NCBI RefSeq assembly: GCF_052425735.1
Contig: NC_135770.1
Location: 620,001-684,000, forward strand
Direction of reading: 5' to 3'
DNA: 64,000 nucleotides
Origin: Oculina patagonica
Lineage: Eukaryota
Made by a program: the position numbers and the translations under genes. Within the stretch, counting starts at the first letter, position 1. The number at the start of each line of letters is the position of its first letter. The notes below the pieces were generated by a model. The model did no database searches and was not told where the DNA came from. It saw only the letters and a list, made by a program, of their open reading frames with translations. Of the stretch, positions 32,788 to 64,000 are shown piece after piece.

Positions 32788-33439
32788 CTTAAAATTAATT
32801 AAAAGGGGGAAAAAAAAACCAAATTTTTTATTGTCCTTGTTCACTGTCAAAGTTGTGAGTCTTGAATTGATATGTATATTGACACATAGATGCAATCTAT
32901 CGCTGATACTTATTTAATTTTATAGAAGAAATGCCACCACTACTGGGCCACTTGGGTCATTATATTGTAGTGGGTATACAAAAACCATGAACATTTTTAT
33001 TATTATCTTTGAAAACAGAAGTAGAGCAAAAAAATAGTTTACAAATTATTTGCTAAAAATACCTTTTTGGTTTCAAAAGAAGAGAAACTGTTCTAAAAGT
33101 TCTGATTTGGACTACAAAAAGAGAATCCTCTAAAACGGCGTAGACTTGAATGTCATTTTTGCTTGATGCAATCTTTTGTGCATATTAATAACTTTCTACC
33201 CAGTGAAGGTGACGTAATATTTATATGGTAGCTTGTTTGTAATTCCTAAGTGATTATAAGTAGCAATAATTTGGCTGATTACAGGTTGGAATTGCATAAG
33301 TTATGGGGAAAAAACTTTTCTTAGGGCAGACCCTGTTTTCATAGGTATGGGTCTTGAACTGCTATTTATTAAACAGCCTCCTGTAAAATTTTTGTAAGGT
33401 ATTCTAACATAAATTGCATATATAATGTTATTTCCTGTA

Positions 33440-33723
33440 TAGAGCAGTTTTCAATTGAGTGTCGTAAAACCTAAACCAAAGTTATCACTCTAGCCAATCA
33501 CAAAGTACACAGACAATCCAGTGAACAAATCAAAACTCGTAGCAATTACACTTAGCCGGCACAAAGCGCGGGAAAACGTGCGCAAGCGTGCCACGATTGG
33601 TTTAAGTTTTACTTCTGATTGGCAGAGAAAGTGGCGCGAGATTTTAAAGCCAATCTCTGAGCGTAGTAATGCAAAACCACTGCAACAAGAATTACTTTCA
33701 ACACTCAAGTGAAAACTGCTCTG
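33440..33723. mobile_element. MITE family TAGAGCAGTTTTCA (copy 2)
   Basis: TAGAGCAGTTTTCAATTGAGTGTCG ... ACTCAAGTGAAAACTGCTCT. Confidence 0.8.
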
Positions 33724-35273
33724 TCAGTGTGAATTCAATGCTATACTAGAGTGGATTTAATATATCCATGTTAGGACCCTGTGTTACGTTCTATTTCTAC
33801 AGGAAGAACTCGGAATGATGTTTTGTTGCTAATTAAAATGAAAATATTTTTGGTCATCATACACTTAAAATGGTGACAACCAAAATGTACAAGCTCAAAA
33901 GGAACCCATTAAATTTTTTAGGCATAAATCATGTCTACCAGGCACTAACTTGTACACTGCTGTTAATAATAAAATAGAATGTTAATGTGTAATTTAACAT
34001 GGGGAGGTCTGTACTTTGTGATGGGGCTGTACAGCCATTTGATCTTTATTCCTACCCCATTTGAGATCATTTTATACATGATTTACAGAGATGATCTTTC
34101 AAAAATCCCTACCCCTATATTACAGGCTCTGGTTAATGCTTACTACAAATTCTTTCAAAATGGCTTTTGTTTTTGCTTCAGCACTCCAACTTCAATCTCC
34201 CAAAGCATCTGGTATTTTTGGTAATATCTAGATTTCACTTGCCTCTTGCCCTTAATCCTAGGGCTAATCTTCATTTATTTTGCATAACAATACAGTTGAG
34301 CACGGAAGCAAAACATTAATTGGGTAGCAAGCTGCAAAATGTCCCAAGTTTTTTATGCACTAATGAAGTATGTTATTCACATAAAAATATTTTATCGTTA
34401 GTAAAGTCATAAATGCTCTTTAGGGCTGGCCAAAATGGGTAAATTTTTTTTTTTATGGACAGAGATGGTATTTTGTAGATACAGAAGAAACCAAGTAGCA
34501 TATGCTCTTTCTATGAAATTCTAATCAAGGAATTTGGTAGTGTGAATTTTATTTTAGAAGGGAAAATGTATATATATATACCCAACCCCGCAACTCCCAG
34601 CCTATTCTCTTTGTTGTTTATGATGCTGGAGAAAAACGATTGTTATAATTTTATCTTCCACTGGCAAGCATATGAAATGTAGGAGCAATGCAGTTCATGA
34701 TAGAAATCTGAGTCGAGTTACATGTTGGGGTCTTTGTCATGCCCCTCCCCCTCCCATCTCACCCAAGTAAGATGGTTCAAGTCTAAATAAGAAAAATATT
34801 TTTTTGTTACTCAGTCAGAAAAAAGGATAACAGAGCATAAGAATTACCTTGAACTTAATAATCATCATACTGATAAAAATATTAGAGAGCTTTCCTTGCC
34901 TAGCATAAAAAAAACTCGAGAACAGTCGGTTTCCAGGACTGGCTTCTTTTTTTTCTCGTGCAAAACCAGTAAGTCTTGCTAGATCAGAAGTCTGCAGTAG
35001 TCTCCAAAATGATTTTTTGCTAGAGGGCACATTTTTAGTGCTTTGGTACGCTGTAAGCCCTTCCGCTTCCATTAATTTTTTTTAAATTTACTTGAATTTT
35101 AAAAATTTATTAGAAAACCCTTGAAAACTGAAAACCTCTAGTCTTTTCTTGTCGAGTGACTGAAGTCACGATAGCTGTAAGTCACTAATAAACATCCAAT
35201 CAAATTATTTTTAAGATTTGAATTAACCAATCAAATCGCTCGTTAGTTCCGTGTTCTCGAAAGGAGACCGTAA

Positions 35274-62537
<27,264 letters not shown>

Positions 62538-64000
62538 GTAAACAAGTCAATAATGCTGTTCTGTTATACCTGTTTTGAAACTGTTTCTTCGTAATTGGAA
62601 AGAAACGCGCGGATTAATCATGAAGCTTAAAATCTGAATATAGATTTGATTTTTGTCTCCGCAAGCTGCAGGGTTGTCTTGCCCCATCCACTACTGGCAC
62701 AGAAAGATTGAACTTTTTTTGGGAAAATCCAAATCCGGATTCTTGAATCCAAAAACGCCGGATTTTGCGTTTTATACTTTAATCCGGAAATGGAATATGA
62801 ATCCCAGAATCCACACAAAACTGGATTTGTTAGATTAAACCTAAATCCGGATTTTTAAGATTCATGATCCGTGCGTTTCTTTAGGAAAAGATTAAGAAAA
62901 ATCCATTTACCCAGCGTCTTAAAAACGGTCTTTTAAATGCGAGTGAATGAATAAAATTTGGGATAACTAACTAACTCGTTTCTGTTCGTCAACATCAAAC
63001 GATTCATCTTATGAAATGCGTGGTTTTTTTTTTTTGATTCACTGTTTTTGAGCCGACCAATTAGTTTCTTGGTACTGCAGATGGCTCGATGTTTCCCCAA
63101 TGTTTCCCAGTTTTGTCAACTAGGAAACTAGAAAACATTGTTGCAGCTGAAACATTGGGCGCTTTCCATTCGACCAAAAACTCTGAGTTTGAGTTTCCGG
63201 AAAATTCCAGTGGCAAATGGAACAGCATTTTCCAACTTTTCCGGTTGACTGCACGGAAGGCAAAACAAAATTCGCATATGGTCAGGTACTGCTAATATGG
63301 AAATTTCTACGCTACATTAAAATAATGCACTGTTGCCGGTTTCCTGCACATATAACTCGATGTTTTTGCAAATAAAAAGCATTCCGAGCACTGAAAATAA
63401 ATGCCATGAATGACATCGTGGCTACAAATACAGGCACCTTTCAAAAGGCACACCACAAGCAACGAAAACGTCGCCAACCCAAAAAGTTTAATGAGCAAAA
63501 CAATGGCGTAGCCTGCACGCGCGTTATAAATATTTGTACATTTCTTTGCTGCCGCCTGCAAAACAACAACAAAAAACAACCGAGTTCACCAAAATGTTTT
63601 ATTTGCAGTTTCAAGAATGCTTCCTTAACACATGTACCTGCTTTCAGCTGCACAAATCGCTAAATTCTCTGCCGAAGGAACTCAGGCTAAGTGTAAAATG
63701 GTAGCTTTTTCCAAAATTTCCGGAAAAGAGGACAACCTCGCAAGGTAGACCCAAATTTTCGAAAACAATTTCCGGGAACTTTCAGTTCCATTTGATTTTG
63801 CTTCTGGAATTTCCGGGGTTTTCGGTTGAATGGTTTGCATTTCGGAAAGTCGACACTTTCCGGATTTTCTGGAAACTTTCCAGCAAATTTCTGTACCATT
63901 CGTCCTTGTTCCGAAATTTCCGGAATTTTTGGTCGAATGGACAGCGCCCATTGTTTCTTGTCATGTTTCTGCCAAAACGAGGAAAACCTCACAGAGCGCT

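Noticed and set aside
32690-32830. Poly-T tract and the poly-Phe/poly-Lys ORFs; also a possible retrocopy tail
   Set aside because: Likely a homopolymer or sequencing artefact. It is T-rich on the gene's strand, so it is not a poly(A) remnant of the TSR gene.

Overview
AT-rich, intron-rich animal genomic DNA. The repeat families suggest a cnidarian, probably a stony coral (inference). Four protein-coding genes were reconstructed by hand. (1) A minus-strand Janus-kinase-like gene (FERM, SH2, JH2-type pseudokinase) has 20 phase-compatible exons and runs off the left edge. (2) A GT4/GT-B glycosyltransferase has an intronless CDS and looks bacterial. (3) A 4x thrombospondin-type-1-repeat protein also has an intronless CDS. 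(4) An EML6/EML5-like WD40 gene has 33 exons and runs off the right edge. Introns hold a young 5'-truncated L1/Tx1-type LINE with a 15-bp TSD, Penelope-like fragments with hammerhead ribozymes, tRNA-derived SINEs, a Crypton-like remnant and many MITEs. The most striking signal is 12 STAT-type TTCYNRGAA sites within about 2.4 kb around the JAK start, plus an IRF-like element, which suggests a STAT-to-JAK feedback circuit. The candidate horizontally acquired glycosyltransferase, which appears to have gained a TATA promoter and a 5'-UTR intron, is the other main lead.
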